Shown: piece after piece, positions 1-13,780 of the stretch | Position numbering within the stretch: the first letter of the stretch is position 1 | Layout of the letters: each line of letters opens with the position of its first letter | Assembly: GCF_009834535.1 (NCBI RefSeq) | Contig: NC_045698.1 | Location: 15,626,001-15,690,000 of the forward strand | DNA from: Camelus ferus | Lineage: Eukaryota | Length of the DNA stretch: 64,000 nucleotides | Reading direction: 5' to 3' | Program-made: the position numbers and the translations under genes | Notes under the pieces: generated by a model | What the model saw: the letters and a program-made list of their open reading frames with translations, nothing else | Databases searched by the model: none | What the model was told of the DNA's origin: nothing

Positions 1-87
1 CCAAAAGGCCTGATCTCAAAATACAATCACACTAGAGGTTAGGGCTTTGACATGCAAATTTTGGAAGCACACAATTCGGTCTATAGC
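1..87 (-). mobile_element. MaLR LTR (MLT1-like) end, cut by the window edge
   Basis: aatacaatcacactagaggttagggctttgacatgcaaattttgg...cacaattcggtctatagc is a typical MLT1 terminus. Confidence 0.7.
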
Positions 88-1119
88 TCAGGGATTCTGC
101 TAAATTCTTTATTGGAAGTATTTATTTAAATAATCTTAAAGTTTCATCCTTATTTTAACTGCTGTTTTACTATACTCAGCCAGGGGATGGTATTATTCTT
201 GAGGAAAAAAGGGAGGAAATGGGATTTGTCGGAGGAGAATATATAAAATGACCAGTTCAAGGTAGAAGCAAAGCAGGATGACTCCAATAAAGACTGCTTG
301 AAAAAGAAGAAATGTACATACTGATATTACCTACTACACATTTTTGAAAACGGGACTTGAAACTTTCAGGAATAGTTTGCAAAATCTTTTCTTGATATAT
401 AGGTAGGAAAAGAGCCAGGCACATATTTAGTACAGAAGTAGGAAGAGGAAATTGAAATATTTTATCTAAAGATGCTCACATTTTCCCTATAACCTTCCTA
501 GGAAGGCTGATGCTATCCTCAGAGGCCCCTCTGCAGCAGAAGCCACTATATAAAGCTCCTCAACTAATGGCCCAAAAGCGACGACTAAGGACTTCTCAGT
601 GATCCTTCTCTGGATATCATTTTATCAAGAGGGCAAATCACACCAGGCCAAGGAATGAATGTGAGTAAAAAGAGCAACACACTGGGGAACAGAAAATAAA
701 AATGTCCTTCAAACTGAACATTTGAGTCAATAGTCTCAGATAAGTGAAAAAATTCTATGGATGGTGTTGACTTGGTCAGACCTAAGTGCAGCTGGATAAG
801 TTGGTTCTGTCATTACAGCAAGTAGTTAGAATAGGCATGTGGCTATTCTCTTTAGACATCCTATTATGAATGTAGTATCAGTTTATTATACCATGAAAGG
901 AAATTGATAGAGCAAAACATTGGATTTGGTCATTTTGTGCTTTTAAATAATCTCTAAACATTAAAGCCTATAGACCTTCTATCTCATAGCTTTCTTAGTC
1001 ACACTACATGATTAATCTAAAAGTCATTAATCTAAAAGTCAAATTCTAGAAGTCACCTTTGGTTTTCTCTTCTTTTGATAGCCAAGAATAAATTACTACC
1101 AGTACATACAGAATGACTT

Positions 1120-1695
1120 ACATCCAAATAATACATGGGACTTTATCTCCTTGTCTTTATCTAGTTCCATGCCCATCATAAACAAAGACACCATTATCTT
1201 ATGCCAAAGTGCTACACAATAATTCAACTGGTCTTCTTCCTTCCATCCTAACCAATCTTCCAACAATAATTTGAGACAGCAACCGTGAGAACTTTAAAAA
1301 ATAGCAATCAGGTCAGATTGCCCCCTCATTCAATCAATTCAACAGGTTTCAACTATAGATAGCATAGCATACAAATCCTGTGGTCAGCAAGGCCACGAAT
1401 GATCTACCCTTGAATTCTATGACTCAATCTTGTTCCATTCTCCCTCGTGCTTACCAGCCACCCTGGGCATTCATATCCTACCAAAATCAAGATCTTGTCA
1501 GACTCAGGTCCCTTGTGAATGTTTTTCTACTTTGTAGAACTACCTTCTCCTTCATACTAATGAACTCTGAAGGATGCACTCCCCTTGGGCATTATCCATT
1601 TCCATGCCCTGTTATTTCTTTTTAAATTGTACATATTACAATTTACTTAATGAGTAGCACGTAGAAGTACTCAAAAACATGTATTGAATAAATAA
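1120..1695 (+). mobile_element. L2 LINE 3' fragment
   Basis: Degenerate L2 body ending gcacgtagaagtactcaaaaacatgtattgaataaataa. Confidence 0.6.
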
Positions 1696-1914
1696 GCAGT
1701 TAGCTAGTTTGGTGTATATAGTCCAGTGACTAGGACAAGATCTTGAGCCTCTTGAAGATTCCATTCTCCAAAGTATGTATAAACAGCTTTCTACAAAGCT
1801 AGGTGGAATAAACTAAACACGTACCACACATAAAGCAGACTGATATGGAAGTAGAGGTGGAGAAGATGTTAAATGTACCATGGAGATAAAAAAATGTTTT
1901 CAGGGCCATATTAA

Positions 1915-2225
1915 AACAGGGCTGGGTAGCCTGTGCTAATAAACTGACTCATAAATATAAAAAGTTTAATACAACAAAGGTTACATTCACACCAAGGTGG
2001 CCATGTGTTTGGAGCATTCTAGGAGAGCATTGTTTCATGCAGTAATTCAAGATGGAACCTAATTTGGCTCTGCCTTCTCAATAAACACCTTCCAGTTTAC
2101 TGATGCAGAGGAAGCAAGATGTGGAGAGTCACTGGGCTGCTCTTAAATATATCACTTCCACTCACAGCTTGTCGGCTAGAATTAGTCATGTCAACTCACA
2201 GAACTGCAAAATGGTGGGAGCACAT
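1915..2225 (-). mobile_element. Old MaLR LTR (MLT1J/K-like)
   Basis: tcacttccactcacagcttgtcggctagaattagtcatg...aactgcaa motif. Confidence 0.55.
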
Positions 2226-2697
2226 GGGTCATCCATGATCTGTAAACGTTCTAACTGCCCTGGGGAGGTGATTTTTGAGTATTATGGTGAGGTAAATTTA
2301 TTACACAAATGGAGGGTTGGTAGTGGTTGAGATTTTTGTGAATTGAAAATATAATGTTACTAATCTTCAAAACTACACTATGCAGTGGCTACAGATATAG
2401 GAGATAATTACCCACTTTCCTTGTATAATACATTAAATGTTTTGTCCCTTTTCTTCCAGAATGTTTCACCTAGCATATCACAATAATCCTTTAGGCCTGA
2501 AATATAAAACTGCTTATGCCTCTTTGGCTCCACTTTCGAAAAAAAATGGCAAACAGTAATCTTCAATGTAAGAAATTTTTTGCATTTTCTTAGTTAAAGG
2601 GACACTGAATGGTTTTAAAATTCTAGTGAAAATAAAACTACTCACCTTCGACACTGTAAGTAACTTTAAAACATCATTATGCATAAAAGCATATTTA

Positions 2698-3516
2698 TGT
2701 ATTCATGCATGTATCTATTTATTATTGAAGTATAGTTGATTTATGATATTGTGTTAGCTTTAGGTATAGAGCAGTGATTCAGTTATATATATATATTCTT
2801 TTTCAGATTATTTTCCATTATAGGTTATTGCAAAATATTGAATATAGTCCCCTGTGCTGTACAATAAATGTTGTTTATCTATTTTATATATAGTAGTGTG
2901 TATCTACTAACCCCATACTCCTAATTTATCCCTTTTCCCACCATTTCCCCTTCAGTGACCAGAAGTTTGTTTTCCATGTCTGTGAGTCTGTTTCTGTTTT
3001 GTATATAAGTTCATTTGGATTATTTATTTAGATTTCACATATAAGTGATATCATTGGTCGATGGACTCTTAGGTTACTTCCATGTCTCAGTTACTGTAAA
3101 TAGTGCTGTTATGAACATTGAGGTGCACACATATTTTTGAATTTTTGAGTTTTTGGTCTTTTCCAGATATGTGCCCAGGAGTGGGATTGCTAGATCATAA
3201 GATAACTCTAGTTTTTAAGAGAACCTCCATACTGTTCTCTATAGTGGCTGTACCAATTTACATTCCCACCAACAGTATAGGAGGGTTCCCTTTTCTCCAC
3301 ACCCTCTCTAGCATTTATTATCTGTAGAATTTTTGATGATGGCCATCATCATGTGCCTGTTGACCATCTGTATGTCTTCTTTGGGGAAATGTCAATTTAG
3401 GTCTTCTGCCTATTTTTTTAATTGGGCTTTTTTTTTATATTGAGCTGTATGTGCTGTTTGTATATTTTGGAAATTAAATCCTCGTTTGTAGACAGTTTCT
3501 CCCCTGTAGGTTGTCT
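2698..3516 (-). mobile_element. L1 3' end (ORF2 C-terminus plus 3'UTR) with internal deletions
   Basis: Homologous to the L1 at 44383-45700; 15-bp TSD ataaaag(c/t)atattta at 2683-2697 and 3517-3531. Confidence 0.92.
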
Positions 3517-4034
3517 ATAAAAGTATATTTAAATTAGTACACAACAGACAATCTAAATGCAAGCACTACCTTGTGCCCTATTATATTATTTTAGATGTTA
3601 TTTTTAACTTTTTATTAGAAATTTATATCAAGTATTTTATTTTTTCCTTATAAAAATCTCACTAAAAAATGGAAAGAAACATGTGTGTACTGAGTAAATA
3701 TTTTTCAAGAATCTAATTCCCAATCTAAAACCAACAGCAACAGAAAACCCACTGACTTAGCTCTGAAGACTGAGAATAAAACAGAATGAAAACAAACACC
3801 AACACAACAGACCTGACTAATCGTGCATATGTGTAGAGATGGAGAGAAATAATCACCACCAGTTTACAAGTTTTCATTTCTTTGAATTTGGAATTCTCAG
3901 GGTCTACAATTTACAGAATTAGTAGCACTTGACTTATCTTGGTTAACAGAGAACATAAATTTCTTAACCCAAGGAATTTTCTTTCCTCACTTTTGTACTT
4001 ATTAATAAATAAATCTAATAGATAGGAAGAGAGA

Positions 4035-4260
4035 TAAATATAAATGATATACATTGTAGGTATAAATGTTATATACAATACATATAAACATTACATTATT
4101 TAATGTTTATATATAAACAGTATAATAATAATGTTTATATAGTAATATATAATATATGACATATATATGATTTTGTATAATGTATTATTGTAATGATAAA
4201 TTATATAATTCTATAATTAATTAATATGTCATATATAGCTCATATCTTTCTATATAACAA
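4035..4260. repeat. AT-rich low-complexity tract
   Basis: Degenerate TA repeats. Confidence 0.8.
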
Positions 4261-6113
4261 TAAGTACAATTTTAGAATTATCAATATGGAACATAAAGTA
4301 AATTTCTACAGCATAAGGAAATTAAAGGATGGCATTACTGCAGCAAATACCTGTTGACTCCCTACTGTATAGTAAGAGCAGAGGATTCACTTTTGAGAAA
4401 AAAAGTTGGCCCAGATCCTCGTCTGTCAGGACCTTGCATCTCAAGGGAGAGATAATGGACATAAAGGGGAAGGACTCCCAGTGCAGAGTGCTGAGCACAG
4501 AAGTTCAAGGAGCCAGGGAGGGACGCATAGCCCTGCCATGGTAGGTCAGAGGAGAGTTATCAGTAAGGAAGGAAAGTTGGAGCGGTTTCCACCAAAGTTT
4601 TTCCAATGCTGAAATAAATGTTCTTACCTCATGTCAAGGGATTATATAAACATCTTGCTTCTAAAAAAAATTTTGAGCAGGACTTATAAATTATTATTTG
4701 ACATTTTTCAATAACAGATGTGATTTCATAATGAGTACAAACATAGAAATTTTAGAAATTTATTTTCTTGCCAAATGCACTGGGATACCTAAATCCTGCA
4801 AGTGGAAATGTACCTGTAGTTTATAGGCTCCAGGAAGTTCTCCTGTGATGTGGTCTCAGCATTACAAAGCTGAAATAAGCAAGATTGGAAATCAAGTCTC
4901 TTGTTCCAAATGTCGTTTAGACATGTTTGAATTCTTCCACAGCAGTTATCTAGTCCACAGTTTTCTCTTATCTCACTTTTTCCGGAATTGACAAAGACAA
5001 AATCTTCTTCCAAAATGCCGCACAACAGTGTTATTCATAGAGAAGCAGATACTGATGTTTCAGATGAGTCAGTTACATAAAATCCCATATTTCTGCAGCA
5101 GTTTTAGAAGAGATGGGTTCTCTACAAACAGCCACTTGGCTCTTCCCTGGATAGAAATATCTACTATGATGTTAATGGTTATTTGCAAAAAAGAGAATCT
5201 CTCTTCAAAAATCCTAATTCAATAGTAATAATAATTATTATTATGTTTATTAATAATAATTATTATTAAGAATGGCTATTTTTCTATAGGAAAAATAACA
5301 AGGGTGGATACTGAAATCTGATGTTAAAGGCAGAGGGAAGACACTCGGAAAATACTTGGATTTGGATAAAATAGTCCTTACATGTTAATGTGGTGGCAAG
5401 AACCACTGTCAACTTCTCACCCAGTGTAACAGCGCAGTTGAGTCCGGGCTGTTCCTTCTCATGGAATTCTGGAGGGTCCCTTTGTAGTACTCACCACAAT
5501 TTCTAATTGTAACCATGCATGATGGCTGGATTAGTATCACCGCCCTTCCTAGTATAAATATTTTTCTACCTGCCTGGCACATTGTAAGTCCTCAACATAA
5601 ATTAAAGTTGTTGAATGCAATACTAGAAAGTAACTTCAGAAGTAATTGAATTTTGATTATTTCTCTGTGGTGAAAATGGCTCATTTTTTTTTTCTATATT
5701 GAAAGGGGAAATCATGTGACACAGGATATGTTTCCAAGTACCTGTGGAAAGAGAATACCATACTAGGAACCGTGCAGACACATGACCCGCAGTAGAGACG
5801 CCAGGACAATATGAAGATTCTTGCTCTCTCTGTCTTCATGCTACACCAAAGACCTTAATTCATTAAGGATATATTTTTCTAGTCTCACTCTTTTATATAG
5901 ACAGGACATTATTCACAGACTGGCTATAAAGTAAGCTTCATAGAAAAATCAGGCTTTCCTGGTTGAAAAATATTTCACTGTTCCTTTTGAGGAACTGCTC
6001 AGGGAAAAGTAAAAGTTAAACATCTGTCAATTTTCCAAGTTAGTAAGAAAAATGTGTTATGAAGAGTGAAAACAAATAATTAAAATTATACTGGAGTCTA
6101 CAATATCATTCTT

Positions 6114-6207
6114 CTTATACATTTTTTTAATGGAGGTACTGGAGCTTGAACCCAGGACCTCCTGCATGCTAAGCATGTGCTCTATCACTGAGCTATATCT
6201 GCCTCCC
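6114..6207 (-). mobile_element. tRNA-derived SINE (camelid Vic-1-like)
   Basis: Reverse complement gggaggcagatatagctcagtgatagagcacatgcttagcatgcaggaggtcctgggttcaagctccagtacctccattaaaaaaa has A and B boxes and an A tail; TSD ta(c/g)aatatcattctt. Confidence 0.88.
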
Positions 6208-6222
6208 TAGAATATCATTCTT

Positions 6223-6332
6223 GGGGGAAGGGTATAGCTCAATTGTTAGAGCGCACGCTTAGCACACACGAGGTCCCGGTCCCTCCTCCAAGCAGAAATC
6301 AATGAATAAACCTAATTACTTGCCTCTCAGAA
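6223..6332 (+). mobile_element. tRNA-derived SINE (camelid Vic-1-like), B box damaged
   Basis: ggggaagggtatagctcaattgttagagcgcacgcttagcacacacgaggtcc...aataaacctaattac matches the recalled Vic-1 head and tail. Confidence 0.85.
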
Positions 6333-7025
6333 TACAATAACATTCTATATATAGGTAACCTTAATAATTTAAAACATTTTGGTGTTCTCAATAAGCAAAT
6401 GAAACCAGATAGTTCATACAAATGTCCCGTATCTACTCATGGATAACTGTTCACTAGTATTCCAGTCCCTGGTTAGACTGGGTTCTGAGGGCTAGAAAGG
6501 TCAGGCTTCATTCTCTATGAGTGTTTTGGGTCTTGTGGAAAATTGGAATGACTTGGAATTGCAGTATTTTCCCTCTGGCACACAAAGATTTACTCATGTA
6601 GCAGAACAAAGTAGAAAGACCATGTTATTAGTCATCAGCAGATCAAGGGGAAAAATCCAATTTATATAAATTATTAGAAGCATCAACCTAGGGTAGGTAA
6701 GTTAATTTTTTCTGGGCTTAGCCATTTTATATAACACAGTATTAACTAGTCTACCAACATCCAATCTTACAGAGAGCAGTAAAGACCATGAAGTGTGCTA
6801 ACATGCTGTGAAAATTGTAAGGAATTACATAATATTTTTGTTTTATTATTTAATACAATGAGAACAGCAAAGGTAATAGGGCTAAAATGTATGTAAAATC
6901 AGAAAATGAGAAACTCAGTCATTGAGTATTCTTGATTTGACCTCAATTTAGAATTGAACACAATGAAGGAAAATGGGTTTCATTTCTGTAAAGATTGACC
7001 TTGTTTCCTTGTACATTAAACACTA

Positions 7026-7064
7026 CACGCACACACACACACACACACACACATACACACACAC
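7026..7064. repeat. (CA)n microsatellite
   Basis: Direct inspection. Confidence 0.95.
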
Positions 7065-8408
7065 AAACCCAGAAGTTTCTAAAAATCTAGCCGTGATTTA
7101 ACATTATGAAAAACTAAAACCTTTCAAAAATCCTAAAAGGAAATTTGACCACAGTTTCTACTCTTCATTATATTTATGACAGCCATTAAACTATATAAAT
7201 GCCAGCTGCCAGAATTCATTAGGATTATATGAGAATCCCCTTTGAATCCACAGAAATGCATTGATCGATTCTGAGTATCTACACTCTTATCAATTAAGGT
7301 TAAACTACAAACACAGCTACCTGCTGTTGGGGAGGGGCAACTGGCATTGACATATAAACCATTAACTGGCTTCTATGAAGCATTTGTGAAAAAAAAAGTA
7401 CCTTAGATTATATGATTGGTGCACTGAACTAATAATGGAAATGCTTCTTCCTCTGACTTACTGTTTATCAATTGATGCATGTGCTCTTGCAGGAGGAAAA
7501 TATCAATTTTTTGAGTATTGGCTTATTTCTCCACACTACATCTATTGCTTATGATGATTAATGCTAAGGATCATACAGCATGCTGGAGATGAAAGCAGTG
7601 GAGAATTACATACTGTTACATCCAGGGACCACAGGAAGAATTACTGGACAAACAATAACAGAATCCTTTCCCAATACGGTATGATAATGACAATATGAGG
7701 ACCTGATCCAAGAAAAGAACCTTGTCAAACCCAGGAAATGGAGTCCGTTTCAGAAAGCCATAGTCGGAAAACATTTTCTCTAATAGACAGTCATTCATTG
7801 AAAGACAGAAAGATGGACTTCTGTTGTTGGGCTCAATTGAGAAATTTTCTTTTTGCCAATAGCTATTTTGGAGTAATTACTACATGCAGAGTTTTAGAGC
7901 TGTGACATTGTTAATGAACCTTATGTACACAAGGCATATTTCTTTGTCATCTGGAAAGAGAAAATGTTACTAGCCTTTAGGGGCTGTAAAATTTAATCAA
8001 GCTTTAACTGATGTTTTAAGGCTCTATAAAATTTCCCTTAATCAAGATTTCACATGAAAACATTTTTAATAAAAGATTTTTCTAAACTAGTATCTCCCAG
8101 CCAAAGACACAAAGGGACAGCTTTAAGAAAACTCACTGCTTCGATTTAATACAGTTATTTTTCCTAAGCTAAGAGAATTGTCTTTTTTGATTACTTGAGA
8201 AATTAATATTGATTTGGGGGGAAATGAATATTTATTTGTAATCCTCATCTGTAATTTTTGTTAATGAACTCTAAAATTGAGAATGGAGAGAACTAAGACA
8301 AAAGAACTGAATTTGGGAAGATTAACAAAGATACAGATAAAGTATATATTAACAAAGATATAAAATATAAAAATGCCTGGAAACCAAAAACTTAAAAATC
8401 AAAAGCCA

Positions 8409-9532
8409 GTGTGGTAGGCAAAATAAAGTTCTCTCCCTTCTCTTACGGATTCCCACATCCTAATCCCTAGAATTTGTAAATATTTTACCTTAGACAGCAA
8501 AAGGGATTTTGCAGATATGATTAAATTAAGTATTTTGAGGTGGGGAGATTATCCTAGATTATTACAGTAAACTCAGAGTAGTCACAAGTTTCTTCAAGAG
8601 AGTCAAAGAAGAACATGAAAACAACCTAAATGTCCATTGACAGATGACTGCATAAAGAAGTTGTGGTATATTTATACAATGGAATACTACTCAGCCATAA
8701 GAAAGAATAAAATAATGCCATTTGTAGCAACATGGACGGACCTGGAGTTAGTCAATCTAAGTGAAGTAAGCCAGAAAGATAAAGAAAAATACCATATGAT
8801 ATCAGTTATATGTAGAATCTAAAAAAAAAAAAAAAAAAAAAAGACACAAATGAACTTATTTGCAAAACATAAACTCACAGACAGAAAACAAATTTGTTGT
8901 TACCGGGAGGAAAGGAGGGTGGGGAGAAGGGATAAATTGGAAGTTTGAGATTTGCAGATACTAACAACTGTGTATAAAATAGATAAACAACAAGTTCATA
9001 CTGTATAGCACAGGAAACTATATTCAGTATGTTGTAGTTACCTATAATGAAAAAGAATATGAAAAGGAATATATGCATGTATACATAGGCTGAAACGTGC
9101 TGTGCACTTGAAATTGACACTTCATTGTAAACTGACTATACTTCATTTAAAAAAAGGGAGAAAAAGAAAATAAGTTATTACATAAAATAAAGGCAAAAAA
9201 AAAAAAAAAGAGAGAGAGAGAGAACTTCAAAGACGGAGATTTGACTATGAAAGTGTCAAATCAGAATGATATCACCTAAGAAAGGCTCAGCGGGCTACTG
9301 ATGCTTTTGAAGATGGATGGCTGCAACCATAAACCAAGGAATGCAGGCAGCCCCTAAAAGCTGGAAAACAGATTCTCCTTGGAGCCCCCAGGTAAAATTT
9401 AGTCCTTCTACCACCTTGATTGATGCTCATGTTCGACTTCTGACCTGTAAAACTAGAAGATATTAAATTTGCATTGTTTTAAGCCACTAAGTTTGTGGTA
9501 ATTTGTTACAGCAACTATTGGAAATGAATACA
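8409..9532 (+). mobile_element. MLT1D-like MaLR LTR split by an L1
   Basis: Starts tgtggtaggcaaaat...aaaagggattttgcagatatgattaaattaag and ends ttttaagccactaagtttgtggtaatttgttacagcaac...aataca. Confidence 0.85.
8613..9210 (+). mobile_element. 5'-truncated L1 3' end with A-rich tail
   Basis: ORF2 C-terminal remnant (IKKLWYIYTMEYYSAI...), 3'UTR and poly(A). Confidence 0.93.
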
Positions 9533-9839
9533 CCCAGCTAATTCACTGGTATTAGAAAGTAGCCTTGCCAATGTAAATATAACAGCATGCCCAAATAGAA
9601 TTATGAAATTATAAGCAACGTTGAGAACATTATTGGCTATTTACTTGTTCAAACAGTGTAGCGCTTCTGATTGAATTGATAATCAAGCCAACAATCTGGA
9701 CCATTATAAAAACAAATGGTCATTTGAATGGTTTGACAAGTTTGACAACTAAATACATTATCTATTTAATAAAAGTGTTTATTTTACAGCCTGTGGTAAT
9801 TTAGCAGTAGTTAATTCAAAGCTCCTGCAGTACAGCAAT

Positions 9840-10030
9840 TCTGATAGAGCAGAAAGAGCCCTGAACCCTGAATCCAAACACTTCCATCCTCATCCTGACA
9901 GTTAATAACTTTGTAAACTTGGAAAGGTCATTCAAATATCTTAGGTCTTTTTAAAAATAATGTGTAATGTGGGACTATTACCCTGAAGAATAAAAAGCTA
10001 ACATATATGTGAAAAGCAGCATGGTACAGC
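9840..10030 (+). mobile_element. MIR SINE relic
   Basis: agagcagaaagagccctgaacc...actttgtaaacttggaaaggtcattcaa. Confidence 0.5.
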
Positions 10031-12289
10031 AGCACATGTTTGGAAGACGTTCACTACCATAGTGTGAGACATTTTTACACTAAATCTGATTCACAACATC
10101 TTCTGCTTTCAAAGAAAGTGATTCTTTATGGTTCTCCCTCATTTACTCTTTAACCTTTGTACGTAGAAAAAGTCTTTCACCTGGAAATATTTTCCAAAAA
10201 TTGAAGAACATCTCGTCATGTGCCTCGTTTTTTCAAGAAGGTGCTAGAAATCCATTTGGTTGAATGTTGGAGACACACCTGCTCAGATGCTTAAACAATG
10301 AAGAAATGGTCTGAGGGTCTCTTTAGGAACAGCTGCTCACTGCACCCTCTTCTTAACTGTTTTCTGGCATCTCCCCAACAACTTGAAACCTAAATCCTGA
10401 AAACTTGTGCTACTCAGGCACAGTCCCCAGATATTTCTGCTCAGTAACGTCCAGCATTTGAGCAACCAGGTCCAAGAGTTTATACCTGTACATTATGTGC
10501 AAGTGTCAATCAAAATCTGAAAGCTGAAAATGGAAACTCCTCACACCCATTGCCCCCACCATTCATCAAACAGTTATTCAGTCCATCTTTGTGCCAAGCA
10601 CTTGGTCTGGAAAAAGAGATTCAAAGCCAAATTCCTGTACTTGTTGTTTGTGCCTACCTCCAGCTTTAACTGCCCCTCTTGCACTGTTGACTCCCAAAGT
10701 CATATCTCTAAGTCTAATCACAATTCCGAAGGCTAGTTCACGCTCTGAACTTCCAGCTGGTCATCATCTCAAACACAACATATCTAAAATTATTCTCATT
10801 ATTTCATTCACATTTTAACAACTCCATATTATTCTGGCATTTCCTGTTTTTACTGAAGGCAGGATAATGTGTGTGAAATGGTCACACGGAATGCCTCAGA
10901 GCTACAACCATGAAGAGTGGTGTGGGGCATAATGGATAATTTGGTTTTGGTTTCATCCATATCATCCTCTTCTTCTGAGAGACTTCATATTTGCTTCTCC
11001 TATAAATATCATTCTGGAGAGGGTTGCCAATTAAAATACCCTCATTTTCAGGGTAAATCATACACACAGGCCAGGTAAATTATTGCACCCCATTCTCCCT
11101 GGACACACACTGTTCATGCATTGGGTATAGGCAATAACCCAGATCCGGCAAAGGAAGAAGTCCTTTTTCTTTTATCATAAGGCTGTAAGAATGAATAGGT
11201 AACAAACAAACTCACTGTGGCTATTGTTTTCCACTTGTAGACACTTGATCAAACAAAATAAAGTCATATTTTTTTTAAGAAAAGGAGAAAAAGCCAAGGT
11301 GAAACACTTGAAAAGAGATCGAGAGTTCTGATGATGTTTGAAATGTTTTGAGCACAATGATTTCCTTTTCATTTGCTTGTTTGGGATTTTGAGTTACGTT
11401 TTTGATACTTGACAACAAAAGGTGCTTCATTTGTAATGTATATGAAAATTATAATGGGGCTGGTTATAATGGTGAATATGTTTTTAGTTTAAAATCTAGT
11501 CATAATTGATTTTTCCTGGTAAAGGAGTGGATGTTGATCACAGAGGCCAATACAGACAAAGGAAAAACATATTAAGTGCCTAAGACATGAAAAGACAAAA
11601 GAATTGAAGAGAGAGAGGGAGAGGAGGAGGAAGATGGAAGAATAGAAAGGAGAGAGAGCATGTATTACCACACGGAAGCATTTAGGTGAACATGCAAAGA
11701 GCTAGCCTCAATTCTATAGACAGTAAAAAACAAACAAGTAAAAGCCTTTATAGAAAGTACTGATAAAAGTTTCAAAACTACTTTCAGGCAGGATTAATAA
11801 GGATGTTCTGCAAATAATAGTAAAAACCATGAAAAAAGCGTTACCCAGGATAGAACTGTGATAAAAGTCTCTGAAACAATGAAGATGTGCATATCCAGGA
11901 GCAAGATGAATCTATTAATATTACAAACAGAAACTATAATAATTTTTCCATTATTGATGAGTTATACATCATGACATATATAATTTATGGTTTATTGCTT
12001 ACATTTATGCTTGAATTAACTCTAGAGTAATTTGCATATAATTCTCATTACAGAATATGGATTCAATCATTGTCAACAAATTCTTAGGTTGGTTTAGGAC
12101 ATTTATGAATTAAAGACCGCTGGCTGGTATTGAAACATGCATATGCTGGAGTTGATATACACATATGCTGGGAGTTACTGGTCCGTATCTATTACCAACA
12201 CAAGTCTGGTGCCCAGAATGCAGCAACTCTTACAAAATGATTTTCTTAAATTATTTCTATTGATTGATCTTTATGTCGCTGCACTGCGG

Positions 12290-13135
12290 TACACCGAATC
12301 ACGTCAACTAGTAATTCTGAATTCTTCCCCTTCTTCCTTGTCCAAGTTCAGCTGCTGTTAATTCTAAAATGTATCTTGAATTTGTCCTTTCCTCTCCATG
12401 CTAACTGTGCTGCCTTAGTTCAAGCCCTGATGTCTGTGCCAATCTCTCTGTGGATTTCCTCCCTCAAGTTCAGCGTATCCTCAACGCACTTCTATGTTGC
12501 CGTCAGAGAGGTCTATCAAAATGAAAATGTGCTAATTTCCCTCTTTTGCTTTAAACCCTCTAGAGAATGTACTGTCTTTTCTACAGAACACAAACCAAAT
12601 GTCTTCTTACCAGTCACTGACTAGTCCTCATGAGGTAGCTCATTTGGAACACTTTCACATCTTTTCTTTCTCTAAACTCTTTTTTTGTGCTTCTTCAGAT
12701 GCTCTGAACATCCTAGAGTTTCACTGAAGGTCCATATGGACGCCTGCACCCATGCTTTGCAGACGCAGCTTATTTTCTTTTGCAGTGTATCTGCCCACTT
12801 CCTGTTCCCTATAAGTTGATTTAAAAGCTGAGTTCCTATAACCCAAAATCAAGGTCCACTATTACCTACTACATAAACATCTCTGCAGATTTGGTCTGAC
12901 CTCTGCTTCCCCACCTACCTTCCCAACTCCTTAGACCCTGACTACTGTATTGGAATTAACCACTCATTTCTGCAGAACATCTGTAACCTAGGTTTTACAT
13001 AATCACTTTCAACATTTTGTATTGTGCTTATATCACTTCAAATATGTTTGAATATGAGTTCCATACGGTATGTCCAATGTCTAAAACACAACCTGACACT
13101 TGGTAAAGGTTCACAAAGACTTATTTAATTAAATT
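12290..13135 (+). mobile_element. L2 LINE 3' fragment
   Basis: L2-like gccttagttcaagccctgatg, ctttaaaccctc; ends cacaacctgacacttggtaaaggttcac. Confidence 0.55.
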
Positions 13136-13579
13136 AAACAAGTCTTGTAAGATATTGGCTAGTGGTATTGCAATTTTCTAATAGAAAGATCCAGTTAAAC
13201 TTTTTATTATACATCTCAGCAGTTAAACACTTCTAAACAACCATTACATGTATTTTCTACTCACTATGTTGGTTCATCTGCTAACCAATTATCATCCTTT
13301 TAAGCTGCACACACCTGGAATTAATTTAGTCTTGGATTACTGTGACAATTGCAAACTCTTTTCAGTGGTACATTACGAGCAATTGAGGAAATTACAGTCT
13401 GTTCTCAATACTTGGTATTCCATGGAGAGTTTCTGAAAAAGCTGACGATTTGGAAACTAAAATTCCCTAGTAAGAGTTCAACCATGAAAACAGCAAATAC
13501 TGTGAGAACTTCATCTGTTCCACGCACACTGGTCTTAAAATTAACATATAAGAGGTGGTTTGACCATTCTTGTTGAACT

Positions 13580-13780
13580 CTAAGGCAGTTTCTCAAAGTG
13601 TTAGCATTGGGACATTTAAATGCAATGCAGGGGGATTTTCTGTTAAAAAATGAAGGTTCTCATCTCCTACACAAAACCTACTCATACTCTGTCAGGAAGG
13701 AATCTGAAAGTCTTCTTTTCTTTGGTTGTATAACAGTTAGTCCAATTAATTGTGATAAACCCTAAATAACACTGCTTTAG
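13580..13780. mobile_element. MER5-like hAT MITE
   Basis: Termini ggcagtttctcaaagtg and aacactgctttag. Confidence 0.5.

Noticed and set aside
2640..2648. Perfect minus-strand donor AAG|GTGAGT (similar near 13985 and 42288)
   Set aside because: No cadherin-coding frame or convincing paired acceptor; such matches are expected by chance in 64 kb.
4789..5025. 78-aa minus-strand ORF as an exon or processed pseudogene
   Set aside because: No recognisable homology and not cadherin-like.
6114..6332. Possible tRNA genes
   Set aside because: A/B-box heads with A-rich tails and TSDs and no intact cloverleaf; these are SINEs.
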